This document shows, piece after piece, positions 1-8,638 of a stretch of DNA of 64,000 nt; position 1 is the first letter of the stretch; each line of letters begins with the position of its first letter. Under the pieces are notes generated by a model that saw only the letters and a program-made list of their open reading frames with translations, did not search any database and was not told the DNA's origin. A program made the translations under genes and the position numbers. The stretch spans positions 29,612 to 93,611 of the forward strand of contig JBAXYM010000001.1 in NCBI GenBank assembly GCA_041670805.1, given 5' to 3'. This stretch comes from Patescibacteria group bacterium. Lineage in GTDB: Bacteria > Patescibacteriota > Minisyncoccia > JAHIHE01 > JAGLIN01.

Positions 1-1338
1 GTTGGTGAACATAATGACGGGGATATTTTGTATGTCATTATCGCCTTTTATCTCTTTGAGAAATTCATAGCCTTGCTCGGCCACGACGTTTACCATTCCG
101 TCTTTTTCTTTCTTCTTGAGGATAACGTCCAAAGCCACGACGTCGATGCCGCCGCTTTTCAAAAGATTTTTTGCTTCGGGCAGGTCGTACGTGGAATAAA
201 AAGTGTGTCCGAACTTTTCGAAATAAATTTTGTACAAATCAACAATATCTTGCTCGTCTTCAACCATTAGAACGGAGTATGTCTTGCTAATCTTCTCTTT
301 GCCGACTTTGCGATTGTCGGTGGCTACATGAGTTTTAATGCCGCTGTTTTTTCCGGTCTTTTCCGGTTTCGCTTTTTCCAGAGTAAAACTGAACGTAGTT
401 CCTTTTCCCACTTCCGATTTCTCAAGTCTAAGCTCTCCGCCGCTGTTTTCTATGATATTTTTTGCAATATAGAGACCGAGACCGGATCCGTCCGGATGGA
501 TGGTCGACGCAATGGATCCTCTTGAAAATTTTATAAATAATCTTTTTTGATCCTCCTCCGATATGCCCGCTCCGGAATCGGAGATAAAAACTTTCAGGTA
601 CTGTTTTTTGCCTTGTTTTATGATTTCAAACCAAACTTTTATAATCCCCTTTGAAGTGTAATAAACAGCGTTGTCCAATAAATTCGAAACTACGTGCGTT
701 ATCATTTTTTGGTCGCACAACACTTTGGGTACGGAAAAATCCGGCTTGATCACTTCGATCTTTAGCTTTCTGTCCAAGACCAGCTTCATGGTCTTTTTTT
801 CTTTCACCATGTCGTTGATAATTCTTCCTATATCCGTTGCGCTCGGTTCCACCGAAATCTTTTGCCCTTCAAGCTCAAAAGCATCCCAAAAATCCGCAAT
901 AGTGCGGCTCATTCTCTCCAGTCCGTTTGCGGCGATCTCCATTCCGCGATCGACAGGGAGCGACTTGTCTTCCATCATCGCGAAGGCGTTTCTCATTATA
1001 GACAGGGGAGTGTTCAGTTGATGATTCACCGTACGCAAAAACTCGCTTTTCATATTCAACAGCTCCTCTAAGTGCTGATTTTTTTTCGTTATGTCCCTTG
1101 TCTGTTCCTCAACTCTCTCCTCGAGCTTCTTTGAAAACTTTTTCAGGTCATTCTTCGCTTTCTTCTCGAGAAAATTAGCCTTAATAATCTTTTCGGTGCT
1201 GCCGTTAAAATAATATCCGTAAACAATAACCATAGTAAAAACGATTATTATGACAGGAGCGGGAACCGTTTTTTCGAATAGGTAAATTAAAAGAAAAGAA
1301 AAACATATTAAAACGAGACTGATTATTTGATAGCGCAT
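1..1338 (-). CDS. hybrid sensor histidine kinase/response regulator (start at 1338; C-terminal receiver domain runs off window start)
   Basis: Manual minus-strand translation from ATG 1338-1336 is open to position 1 (446 codons, in frame). Two N-terminal TM helices, H-box 'NHQLNTPL', N-box 'DNAVYYT', G1 'DSGAGI', G2 'GSGLGL', then receiver 'VLMVEDEQDIV...IPVIMFTN'. Absent from the ORF track because it is open-ended. Confidence 0.85.
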   Translation of the reverse strand, partial: MRYQIISLVLICFSFLLIYLFEKTVPAPVIIIVFTMVIVYGYYFNGSTEKIIKANFLEKKAKNDLKKFSKKLEERVEEQTRDITKKNQHLEELLNMKSEFLRTVNHQLNTPLSIMRNAFAMMEDKSLPVDRGMEIAANGLERMSRTIADFWDAFELEGQKISVEPSATDIGRIINDMVKEKKTMKLVLDRKLKIEVIKPDFSVPKVLCDQKMITHVVSNLLDNAVYYTSKGIIKVWFEIIKQGKKQYLKVFISDSGAGISEEDQKRLFIKFSRGSIASTIHPDGSGLGLYIAKNIIENSGGELRLEKSEVGKGTTFSFTLEKAKPEKTGKNSGIKTHVATDNRKVGKEKISKTYSVLMVEDEQDIVDLYKIYFEKFGHTFYSTYDLPEAKNLLKSGGIDVVALDVILKKKEKDGMVNVVAEQGYEFLKEIKGDNDIQNIPVIMFTN

Positions 1339-1487
1339 AAATAAACAGCTGCGGAATTTGAGTTCGCAATATTGACAGCGTCTATAAGGAGGATAATTGA
1401 GATTCTTTACCAACCAACATTTTGTGTTTAGATAATGACCCTCTCCTGCCTTTTTCTGTTTAGTTTGATTTTTTTCTTTAGTTTTCA

Positions 1488-1940
1488 TCAGGCGCGTTTA
1501 GTGTGAATAGTTTTCGTCTTGAGCAAAAAATTTTTTAAAAGGATATACATCAGTGTTGCTACGCAAAAACCAACTAGGCAGGCTACAAAAATCATCAAGG
1601 TAACTACCAAAATGTAAATCCATGCGAAGGAGGTATATTTAGTAAATTGTAATAATAGAAATCCGATTAAAAGTAACAAACCAGTCATTCCAGATACAAA
1701 GCTCAACTCGCCAGATTCTTTTTGCAACGGTCTTACTTTTTTCTTCAAAACATTCTTTTCCACAAAAACATGAATTTGATAGGGGATGTTTAGCTTCAAA
1801 GAAAAAGCGCCCAAAATAGTTAAAACACCTACAGCTAAAACTAGCCATTTACTGTGAATGAAAAATGCAATTAGAACTATGACGCCATAAATAAACCTTG
1901 AAAATTTCAAAGATCTGTCATAAATCGAGCATTGTTGCAT
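1488..1940 (-). CDS. hypothetical polytopic membrane protein (about 4 TM)
   Basis: 150-aa ORF made of hydrophobic helices; no recognisable motif. Confidence 0.45.
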   Translation of the reverse strand: MQQCSIYDRSLKFSRFIYGVIVLIAFFIHSKWLVLAVGVLTILGAFSLKLNIPYQIHVFVEKNVLKKKVRPLQKESGELSFVSGMTGLLLLIGFLLLQFTKYTSFAWIYILVVTLMIFVACLVGFCVATLMYILLKNFLLKTKTIHTKRA

Positions 1941-1970
1941 ATTGTTTGTGATTATTTTTTTGTTTATATT

Positions 1971-3305
1971 TTATAAAAGCAATTCAGATTCAACGCATTT
2001 TTTAACTGCATTACAGGCTTTTTTTACATCCTGAAGATTGTTATAAATATAAAAACTTAGCCTACAACTTGCAGGAGGATCCATTTTTTGGTAATGGTGC
2101 GCTAGGGTGGCACAATGGCATCCAGCTCTTGGTTCTACTCCGAATTCATTCAATTTCTCTGCGATTGCGAAAGGGCTAATGCCTGGACAATTAAAAGCAA
2201 CTAAAGAAGTCCTGTCTCCTTTCCCAGGCCCATATATTTCTATTGAGGGGATCTTGCTTAATATTTTTAAGGCTTCTTCGACTAATTCTTTTTCGTGAAT
2301 CTCAATGTTATTCATTGCCCTTTTAACATCATCCGACTCTAACTTTTTGTCGGTCATAAAATAAACTTCCTTGCCCGGGTTTAAAGAGAAATCTATCAAT
2401 AGACGTACTGCCTGGGCGGATAAGATAGTTCCGAGAGTATTAGGCGTTCCTGCTGTAAATTTCCAGGGGAGGACATTATATTCCACTTTCTCTGGGCTTA
2501 CTGCTCCTTCGGCAATCATGTCTCCTCCGTAGAGAAAAGGCCTTATACTCTGCAATATTTCTTCTTTAGCATACAAAGCGCCGACACCAAAAGGGGCAAG
2601 CATCTTATGAAAAGACCAAGCAAGAAAATCAATGTCCAATTCTTTTACGTTGATATATACGTTCGGAACGATTTGGGCTCCGTCAATTAAGAGATAGGAT
2701 CTTTTCATGCCATTTGGTTGTTCGTATCCGCTGGTATCGGCGATTTTTCTAATTTCCCTTATCGGGTTCTTGGTACCTAGGAAATTTGAAGCTCCGACGC
2801 AACAAATCAATTTGGTTTTTTTATCTACCAAAGATTTTAAATGGTTTAAATCTAGTTTTCCTGTTTTTGTGTTATATTTTACGAGTCTGCATTCTACGTT
2901 GATTCCAAATTTTGGCAATATCTCTTTTGTCAACGCATACCATGGTACATAATCTGAGTTGTGTTCCATGTAGGTTGTGATGATATTGTCTCCATTTTTA
3001 AACTCGGTCATCAAAGAATACATCACCGAATTAATTGCTTCAGTAGTATTTCTGTATAAAATAATATTTTTTCTGCTCGGTGCCCCAATAAATTGCGCTA
3101 TAGTATCATAAGAGGATTCAAACATTTCTGTCATTGCCATTGAGGCTTGAGATTGTCCTCGATGGACACTCTCGTATCCGACAGCAAGCTTATCTAATAA
3201 ATCCAGTAATTGGATGGGGATTTGGGTGCTTGCTGCGTTATTGGTAATAAGTCTTCCTGATTGTATGGCGGGAAAAAACTCCCTAATTATTTTTGTATCA
3301 AGCAT
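1971..3305 (-). CDS. sufS: cysteine desulfurase, SufS/CsdA-like (class V aminotransferase), paralog 1
   Basis: 444 aa. PLP-lysine motif 'SFHKMLAPFGVGALY' and catalytic-Cys motif 'RAGCHCA'. Confidence 0.85.
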   Translation of the reverse strand: MLDTKIIREFFPAIQSGRLITNNAASTQIPIQLLDLLDKLAVGYESVHRGQSQASMAMTEMFESSYDTIAQFIGAPSRKNIILYRNTTEAINSVMYSLMTEFKNGDNIITTYMEHNSDYVPWYALTKEILPKFGINVECRLVKYNTKTGKLDLNHLKSLVDKKTKLICCVGASNFLGTKNPIREIRKIADTSGYEQPNGMKRSYLLIDGAQIVPNVYINVKELDIDFLAWSFHKMLAPFGVGALYAKEEILQSIRPFLYGGDMIAEGAVSPEKVEYNVLPWKFTAGTPNTLGTILSAQAVRLLIDFSLNPGKEVYFMTDKKLESDDVKRAMNNIEIHEKELVEEALKILSKIPSIEIYGPGKGDRTSLVAFNCPGISPFAIAEKLNEFGVEPRAGCHCATLAHHYQKMDPPASCRLSFYIYNNLQDVKKACNAVKKCVESELLL

Positions 3306-3370
3306 ATAAGTATTATTTAGATAATCCCCCCCTATATTTTCTTCTATTGCGATGAATTTCCTGATATAAC

Positions 3371-4705
3371 TTAAGCTTCAACTCCGGCGCATTTTTTTAC
3401 GGCATCGCAAGCTTTTTTGACGTCTTCGAGATCATTATAGACATAGAAACTCAGTCTGCAACTCGCTATAATAGGCTTCATATCATAATAACGATGCGCC
3501 AAAGAGGCGCAATGGCATCCGGCTCTGGATTCCACTCCGAATTTATTTAATTCTTCAGCAAGTTTGTAAGGGCTGATGCCGGGACAATTAAAGGAAAGCA
3601 AAGAAGTTCTGTCGGCGGGATCCTTCGGTCCATAGATTTCTACTGAGGGAATTTCGTTTAAGATTTTTAAGGCTTCTGTTGCCAACTCTTTTTCGTGGGT
3701 CTCGATATTATTCATCGCTTTTTCTATTTCGAATGGCTCCAATTTTTTATCGGTCATAAAATAAACTTCCTTGCCTGGGTTCAGGGAGAAATCCATCAAT
3801 AAGCGCAAGGCCTGGGCAGACAAAATGGTTCCCAAAATATTAGGCGTTCCTGCCGTAAACTTCCAGGGAAGTTCATTGTATTTCAATCTGTCCGGATATA
3901 CTGATCCATCTTCAATCATATCCCCTCCATAAAGAAACGGTCTCATGCCTTGCAATATTTCTTCCCTGGCATACAGCGCGCCAACACCAAAAGGCGCAAG
4001 CATTTTATGAAAAGACCATGCAAGAAAATCCACATCCAATTCTTTTACGTCGATATAAATATTGGGGACAGTCTGCGCTCCGTCAAGCAGAAAATAAGAT
4101 TTTTTCATTCCGTTCGGTTGTTCATATCCGCTGGCATCGGCTATCTTTCGAATTTCTTTAATCGGATTTTTGGTATCCAAAAAATTCGAAGCTCCCGTGC
4201 AACAAACTATTTTCGTTCTGTTGTCCACCAGAGATTTTAAATGATCCATGTCAAGCTTCCCCGTCTCCTTGTCAAATTTTACAAGTCTGTATTCTACGTT
4301 GACGCCAAACCTCGGCAATATCTCTTTTGACATTCCGTACCAAGGGATAAAGTTCGAGTTGTGCTCCATATGAGTCGTGACCACGTTGTCACCGTCTTTG
4401 AATTCGGTCATCAAGGAATACATCACGGAGTTGATCGCTTCCGTGGTGTTTCTGTATAAAACTATATTTCTTTTGCTCGGCGCTCCGATAAATTGCGCTA
4501 TGGTGTCGTAAGAGGATTCAAACATTTTCGTCATAGACATTGAGGCCTGAGACTGTCCGCGGTGGACATTTTCGTAACCGGTGACAATCTCTGTCAGCAA
4601 ATCCAACAACTGAACGGGGACTTGCGTACTTGCGGCATTGTTGGAGATAAGCCTTCCCGATTGTATGGAAGGAAAGAATTCCCTAATCGTTTTGGTGTCG
4701 AGCAT
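3371..4705 (-). CDS. sufS: cysteine desulfurase, SufS/CsdA-like, paralog 2 (tandem duplicate, roughly 80% aa identity to paralog 1)
   Basis: 444 aa with the same 'SFHKMLAPFGVGALY' and 'RAGCHCA' motifs. Collinear with 1971..3305 over its full length. Confidence 0.85.
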   Translation of the reverse strand: MLDTKTIREFFPSIQSGRLISNNAASTQVPVQLLDLLTEIVTGYENVHRGQSQASMSMTKMFESSYDTIAQFIGAPSKRNIVLYRNTTEAINSVMYSLMTEFKDGDNVVTTHMEHNSNFIPWYGMSKEILPRFGVNVEYRLVKFDKETGKLDMDHLKSLVDNRTKIVCCTGASNFLDTKNPIKEIRKIADASGYEQPNGMKKSYFLLDGAQTVPNIYIDVKELDVDFLAWSFHKMLAPFGVGALYAREEILQGMRPFLYGGDMIEDGSVYPDRLKYNELPWKFTAGTPNILGTILSAQALRLLMDFSLNPGKEVYFMTDKKLEPFEIEKAMNNIETHEKELATEALKILNEIPSVEIYGPKDPADRTSLLSFNCPGISPYKLAEELNKFGVESRAGCHCASLAHRYYDMKPIIASCRLSFYVYNDLEDVKKACDAVKKCAGVEA

Positions 4706-5422
4706 ATGATTATTATTAATAAAAGCCTCCTATACAGCTATTATAATCAATATGGCGATTTAAAGCAATATGCCTTTTTGTTCGAAAGAGAATTGCCTTT
4801 CAGGATAGAAATTTACCGCAAGAATGTGTCACGCTCAGAGCTTGGAATTTACAGATGGAGAGTGTCATTGCCAAGGGACCAAGGCTCCTTTACGGAAAAT
4901 TACGATAAATTAAAGATTAATGTAGGGGAGGTTTTGTCTGAATATGAGAAATTCATATTCTGGTATCTGGAAGAAGGAAAATTAATTTCTGATATGGATA
5001 TTCAAATTGAGTCGTTTTTCCGGACATCCGTGATAAAAGGAAGGAAAATCAATACATTTAAGAAAGATTCTTTATGTTGCGAGTATAAAAAGCAGGCTTT
5101 AGCGGTTAAGCCAAATGGTGATGTTGTTGCATGCACTGCGTTTACTAATCTAGTAATCGGTAACTTGCAACAAGATTCAATAGGAGAAATTTGGTATTCG
5201 GAAAAAATGCAGAAAGTAAAGCAGATAAAAGTCTCATATGTAAAGGAATGCATTGATTGCGAGTACCTGTATTTATGTGGTACTGGGTGTCGCAGGATGG
5301 CGCTTTCAAAGACGGGCTCTTTATTCGCAAAAGATGAATCGGCATGTGAGATCTACAAGTTTATCCATAATAAAATAATCCCAATGTTTAATGAATTCCA
5401 ATTGCAGATTAATTTTGACTGA
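4706..5422 (+). pseudogene. radical SAM enzyme C-terminal remnant (SPASM domain only; CxxxCxxC core missing)
   Basis: C-terminal SPASM signature 'VVACTAFTNLVIGNLQQDSIGEIWYS...CIDCEYLYLCGTGCR'. No CX3CX2C motif anywhere upstream. The track ORF 4562..5422 overlaps sufS antisense; the first plausible ATG is at 4706. Confidence 0.45.
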
Positions 5423-5449
5423 TCTCTTAATGGAACCTTTGGGAACCAT

Positions 5450-5481
5450 GGTAGTATCTGATAGATATTACCGTTTTTTTA
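5450..5481 (+). terminator. rho-independent terminator candidate
   Basis: Hairpin ggtagtatct/agatattacc followed by a T7 run. Confidence 0.5.
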
Positions 5482-5608
5482 TTCACTTTTTCGTTAAAAA
5501 GGTTATAATATAAACAAGAATTCTAACAAAAGGATATAAACCAGAATAATAAAAACAATCAAAGTGTTATTGTATTGGTGCTTTTATATTATTAAATGAA
5601 AAATATTT

Positions 5609-6106
5609 ATGCCAAAAACCGAGTTAAGAAATTTACGTTTTTCGGATGCTAAGAGGATTTATGAAATTGTAGACAATCCGAATTTTGTTTATTTCGTGAA
5701 GCCCCTGTCGCTTGAGGCTTATAAAAAACTTTTAATAAAAAAAAGAAAAAAAAGGGGGCTGGAGTATAATCATGCCATCTTATATGACAAAAAATTAGTA
5801 GGCAATATCGGCATTAAAATAGATTATCATCGTTCCTATGTTGGCGAAATCAATTATTTTGTTGAAGAAAAGTTTTGGGGCAAAGGAATAGCTACCGAGG
5901 CTGTCTATCTAATGGAAGAAATAGCTTTTCAGAGACTGAGGTTAAATCGTATTGAAATTCTGATGAGTCCTAAGAATATTGCAAGTGAAAAAGTTGCCAT
6001 TAAGGCGGGATATAAGAAGGAGGGGGTTATGAGCGGAGTGGTAAAAGATAGCAAAGGCGAATTCTTCGATGTATTGCTTTATGCAAAAACAAAGAAGAAA
6101 AAGTGA
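5609..6106 (+). CDS. GNAT family N-acetyltransferase (RimJ/RimL-like)
   Basis: 165 aa. Acetyl-CoA binding-type motif 'FWGKGIATEAV'. Confidence 0.75.
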   Translation: MPKTELRNLRFSDAKRIYEIVDNPNFVYFVKPLSLEAYKKLLIKKRKKRGLEYNHAILYDKKLVGNIGIKIDYHRSYVGEINYFVEEKFWGKGIATEAVYLMEEIAFQRLRLNRIEILMSPKNIASEKVAIKAGYKKEGVMSGVVKDSKGEFFDVLLYAKTKKKK

Positions 6107-6109
6107 ACT

Positions 6110-6170
6110 TTGTGCGATACTGTAGCCATAGTGTATCTTATCTATGAATTATGGCTACAGTATCGCACAA
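6110..6170. repeat. perfect 21-bp inverted repeat (hairpin) with 19-nt loop
   Basis: ttgtgcgatactgtagccata ... tatggctacagtatcgcacaa, followed by aatacgattttt. Confidence 0.8.
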
Positions 6171-6300
6171 AATACGATTTTTAGCATTACATATTTACCA
6201 TTATCTCGATTTTTTCAATAATTTCGAAAAAACATTGGATGAAGTATGGACCAAGCGGGTCTAACAATATTATCCTAAATATGAAATTAATGATAAAAAT

Positions 6301-6774
6301 ATGAAAACAAGAATTGTGGCGCGCGCATTGGTTTATGACGAGGATCAAAACACGATTTTACTGGTAAGAAATAAAAACTCTGATTTTTGGTATGTTCCTG
6401 GAGGCGGTTGGGAATATGAAAAAGAGAACATACCTGAGTGTGCAGTCCGGGAAGTAAAAGAGGAAACGGGGTTGGAGGTTAAAATAGAAAAATTTCTGTA
6501 TTTACGGGAATATCACGATTCACCGGAGGATATATTTTTTGAATCGTTTTGGTTGGCATCAGTAAAAAATAACGCTATTTTAAATAAAAACCATGTAGAT
6601 TTGGATTCCAATGGATCTGTGGAAGAGGCAAGGTGGTTTGCTAAAGAAGATCTATTGAAGCTGGAGGTTTATCCTGACATATTTAAAACTACTTTCTGGG
6701 ATAATATAAAAAATATTGTTGCCGACGAGGATAGATTTATCGGAGTAAATTGCCAGGACCGTAGAGATTCTTGA
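6301..6774 (+). CDS. NUDIX hydrolase
   Basis: Nudix box 'GGGWEYEKENIPECAVREVKEETGL'. Confidence 0.85.
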   Translation: MKTRIVARALVYDEDQNTILLVRNKNSDFWYVPGGGWEYEKENIPECAVREVKEETGLEVKIEKFLYLREYHDSPEDIFFESFWLASVKNNAILNKNHVDLDSNGSVEEARWFAKEDLLKLEVYPDIFKTTFWDNIKNIVADEDRFIGVNCQDRRDS

Positions 6775-6929
6775 AGTTTTCATTAGCAAAATTTACGTTG
6801 ATGGTACAGAGAAAACCGTTTCAAAGGAAAGCGCATCAAGCCTATGGCAAAACAGTATAATCTTTTTTGATATAGAATTTTCTTTCCTTGATTTGGATAG
6901 GGATTTGTTTTTTGGGATTCGTTAAGATG

Positions 6930-7113
6930 GATAACAAAGCAAAAAACAGGCTTTTTAGAAGTCTGTTTTTTGTGTCTCGCTAAAATCATTTTATTTCCTT
7001 CTTCTTCGCAATGTCCGTCTGGATCAATGCTTCGATAATTTCGTCCAGATTTCCCGCCAGCACGTTCTCAATCTCGTGCCAGCTTTCTTTGATGCGGTGG
7101 TCGGTGATGGTGT
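6930..7113. repeat. roughly 185-bp duplicate of the prfA 3' end plus its downstream terminator (copy of 9650..9835)
   Basis: Near-identical run 'ttatttccttcttcttcgcaatgtcc...gatgcggtggtcggtgatg' is present at both loci. Confidence 0.85.
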
Positions 7114-7384
7114 CGCTACTGATTTATGCTCTATTGCAAGAGCGATAGTCGTTCCAAGATCCAGGGAAGAAAAAACAAAACTTCTTGACGAAGCAAGAAA
7201 GCTTCGCCGGATGGGTATATGTGTCGATTACATCCCGATGATTTCTTATACAGAGGATGAAGTCTTGGCTTATGCTAAAAAAAGAGGATTTTCGTTCCTA
7301 ATAACGAATGATCCTAAAGGCTTACAAATTAGGAATATCAAAGACGGAAGCAATCTGTCAAACATATTATTAATTACGACCTAA
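7076..7384 (+). CDS. Mut7-C/DUF5615-like (PIN-like) small protein, N-terminal ~30 aa derived from the antisense of the duplicated prfA fragment; possibly disrupted
   Basis: C-terminal part 'KLLDEARKLRRMGICVDY...EDEVLAYAKKRGFSFLITNDPKGL' resembles the Mut7-C/DUF5615 pattern. The N-terminus '[11 protein letters not shown]' is identical to the antisense ORF at 9798. Confidence 0.35.
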   Translation: MPAFFDAVVGDGVATDLCSIARAIVVPRSREEKTKLLDEARKLRRMGICVDYIPMISYTEDEVLAYAKKRGFSFLITNDPKGLQIRNIKDGSNLSNILLITT

Positions 7385-7396
7385 TTGTCGTAATAA

Positions 7397-7435
7397 CCTC
7401 TCTGCATATCAAATTGCAGAGAGGAACTTTTTTTA
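7397..7435 (+). terminator. rho-independent terminator
   Basis: cctctctgca-tatcaaat-tgcagagagg followed by a T7 run. Confidence 0.65.
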
Positions 7436-7453
7436 TAGTTTTTTTATAGTTAT

Positions 7454-7481
7454 CTTGACATTATAATCATATCCGTTATAC
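7454..7481 (+). promoter_or_regulatory. sigma70-like promoter (TTGACA, 16 nt spacer, TATACT)
   Basis: Consensus hexamers about 35 nt upstream of the 7516 ORF. Confidence 0.5.
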
Positions 7482-7515
7482 TTGCTTTATCTAAGTAAAG
7501 TAGTAGAAGAAGCAT

Positions 7516-7848
7516 ATGTTTTCAAATATGGACAAGAAAAAGATAAATGGGCTTATGGATGCGATTATGCTGTTGAAGACTCCAGAAGAAATGGAGAAGT
7601 TCTTTCGCGATCTTTTGACGGAAAATGAACTGATTGAATTTGGAAATAGATGGAAAGCGGCTGGAATGCTATGGGATAAAGAGTCATATGTCGACATAGC
7701 CAAGGAAACCGGGCTTAGTTCAACAACTATAGCTAGGGTTTCAAAATGGTTGAACGGTGGTAAGGAAGGTTATAAATTGATTTTGAATCGTATGGCGATT
7801 GATGAAAAACATCATAATGTTCCTTATAAAAAGAAGGGTTCGCTTTAG
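7516..7848 (+). CDS. TrpR/YerC family HTH protein
   Basis: 'DLLTENELIEFGNRWKAAGML...GLSSTTIARVSKWLN' fits the TrpR-like family. Confidence 0.65.
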   Translation: MFSNMDKKKINGLMDAIMLLKTPEEMEKFFRDLLTENELIEFGNRWKAAGMLWDKESYVDIAKETGLSSTTIARVSKWLNGGKEGYKLILNRMAIDEKHHNVPYKKKGSL

Positions 7849-7877
7849 AAATGTATCGTGTCTATTCTACAAGTAAG

Positions 7878-7907
7878 CCCTTATCTTCGGAAAAGGGTAT
7901 TTTTTAT
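7878..7907 (+). terminator. terminator candidate
   Basis: Imperfect hairpin cccttatcttcggaaaaggg followed by tatttttt. Confidence 0.45.
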
Positions 7908-7932
7908 TAAAGATTGAATAATAATCAAAGCA

Positions 7933-8487
7933 ATGGCAAAAAGAAAAATGCAAATCGGGGTGATGGGATCAGCGGCTGACCTCAAATATATCAAGGAATT
8001 TGAAGAAGCAGCGCAAGAAATCGGCTATTGGGTAGCAAAAAGCGGTGCGACACTGGTTTTTGGAGCTGAAAAAGACTATGATTCTCTTTCTACGGCAGCA
8101 TGTCGTGGCGCAAAATCGGCGGATGGTATTACGATAGGAGTTACGTACGGCAAGGGGCTGGATATCTTTGAAAAAGATAATGTTGATATAGTAATAGCTA
8201 CCGGCATGGAAAGAGGTGGTGGCAGGGAAATGGCGTTGGTCCTAAGCTGCGATGCGGTCATAGCGCTCAATGGCGGATCAGGAACACTTACAGAAATCGC
8301 GATTGCCTATCAGGCGAATATCCCTGTAATTGTGTTGGAAGGGTATGGGGGGTGGAGCGGAAGGCTGATAGGGGAATATCTTGATGCGAGACAGCGGATT
8401 CTGATTGAAAGCGAAAAGACGCCTCAACTGGTAGTGGAAAAGGCAATCAAATTAGCTAAAAATAAATATGACACTTCAATTTTATAA
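7933..8487 (+). CDS. LOG family (TIGR00725-like) Rossmann-fold nucleotide-binding protein
   Basis: 'NGGSGTLTE' matches the LOG 'PGGxGTxxE' motif. Confidence 0.7.
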   Translation: MAKRKMQIGVMGSAADLKYIKEFEEAAQEIGYWVAKSGATLVFGAEKDYDSLSTAACRGAKSADGITIGVTYGKGLDIFEKDNVDIVIATGMERGGGREMALVLSCDAVIALNGGSGTLTEIAIAYQANIPVIVLEGYGGWSGRLIGEYLDARQRILIESEKTPQLVVEKAIKLAKNKYDTSIL

Positions 8488-8567
8488 AATTATCCAGACC
8501 TTCGCTCATCAGAGCCGTCTCTTCTTGGAAGAGATTGGCTGTGATTAATGCGCGATGATTTTGCATA

Positions 8568-8632
8568 TACCTCACCTCCTATCCCTTTCCGAAAGAGACT
8601 TTTTTTCGGAAAGAAAAACAAAAATAGGAGGA
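8568..8632 (+). promoter_or_regulatory. 5' leader with anti-SD (cctcctat, 8575-8582), 10-bp hairpin (8585-8613) and strong SD (ataggagg, 8624-8631)
   Basis: 8-nt perfect complementarity between the upstream element and the SD of the 8639 gene. This is the only strong SD among neighbouring genes. Confidence 0.35.
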
Positions 8633-8638
8633 AAATAA

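Noticed and set aside
28-1071. Four plus-strand ORFs at the window start
   Set aside because: They are antisense to the continuous hybrid histidine kinase reading frame on the minus strand (H, N, G1, G2 boxes and receiver domain are all present).
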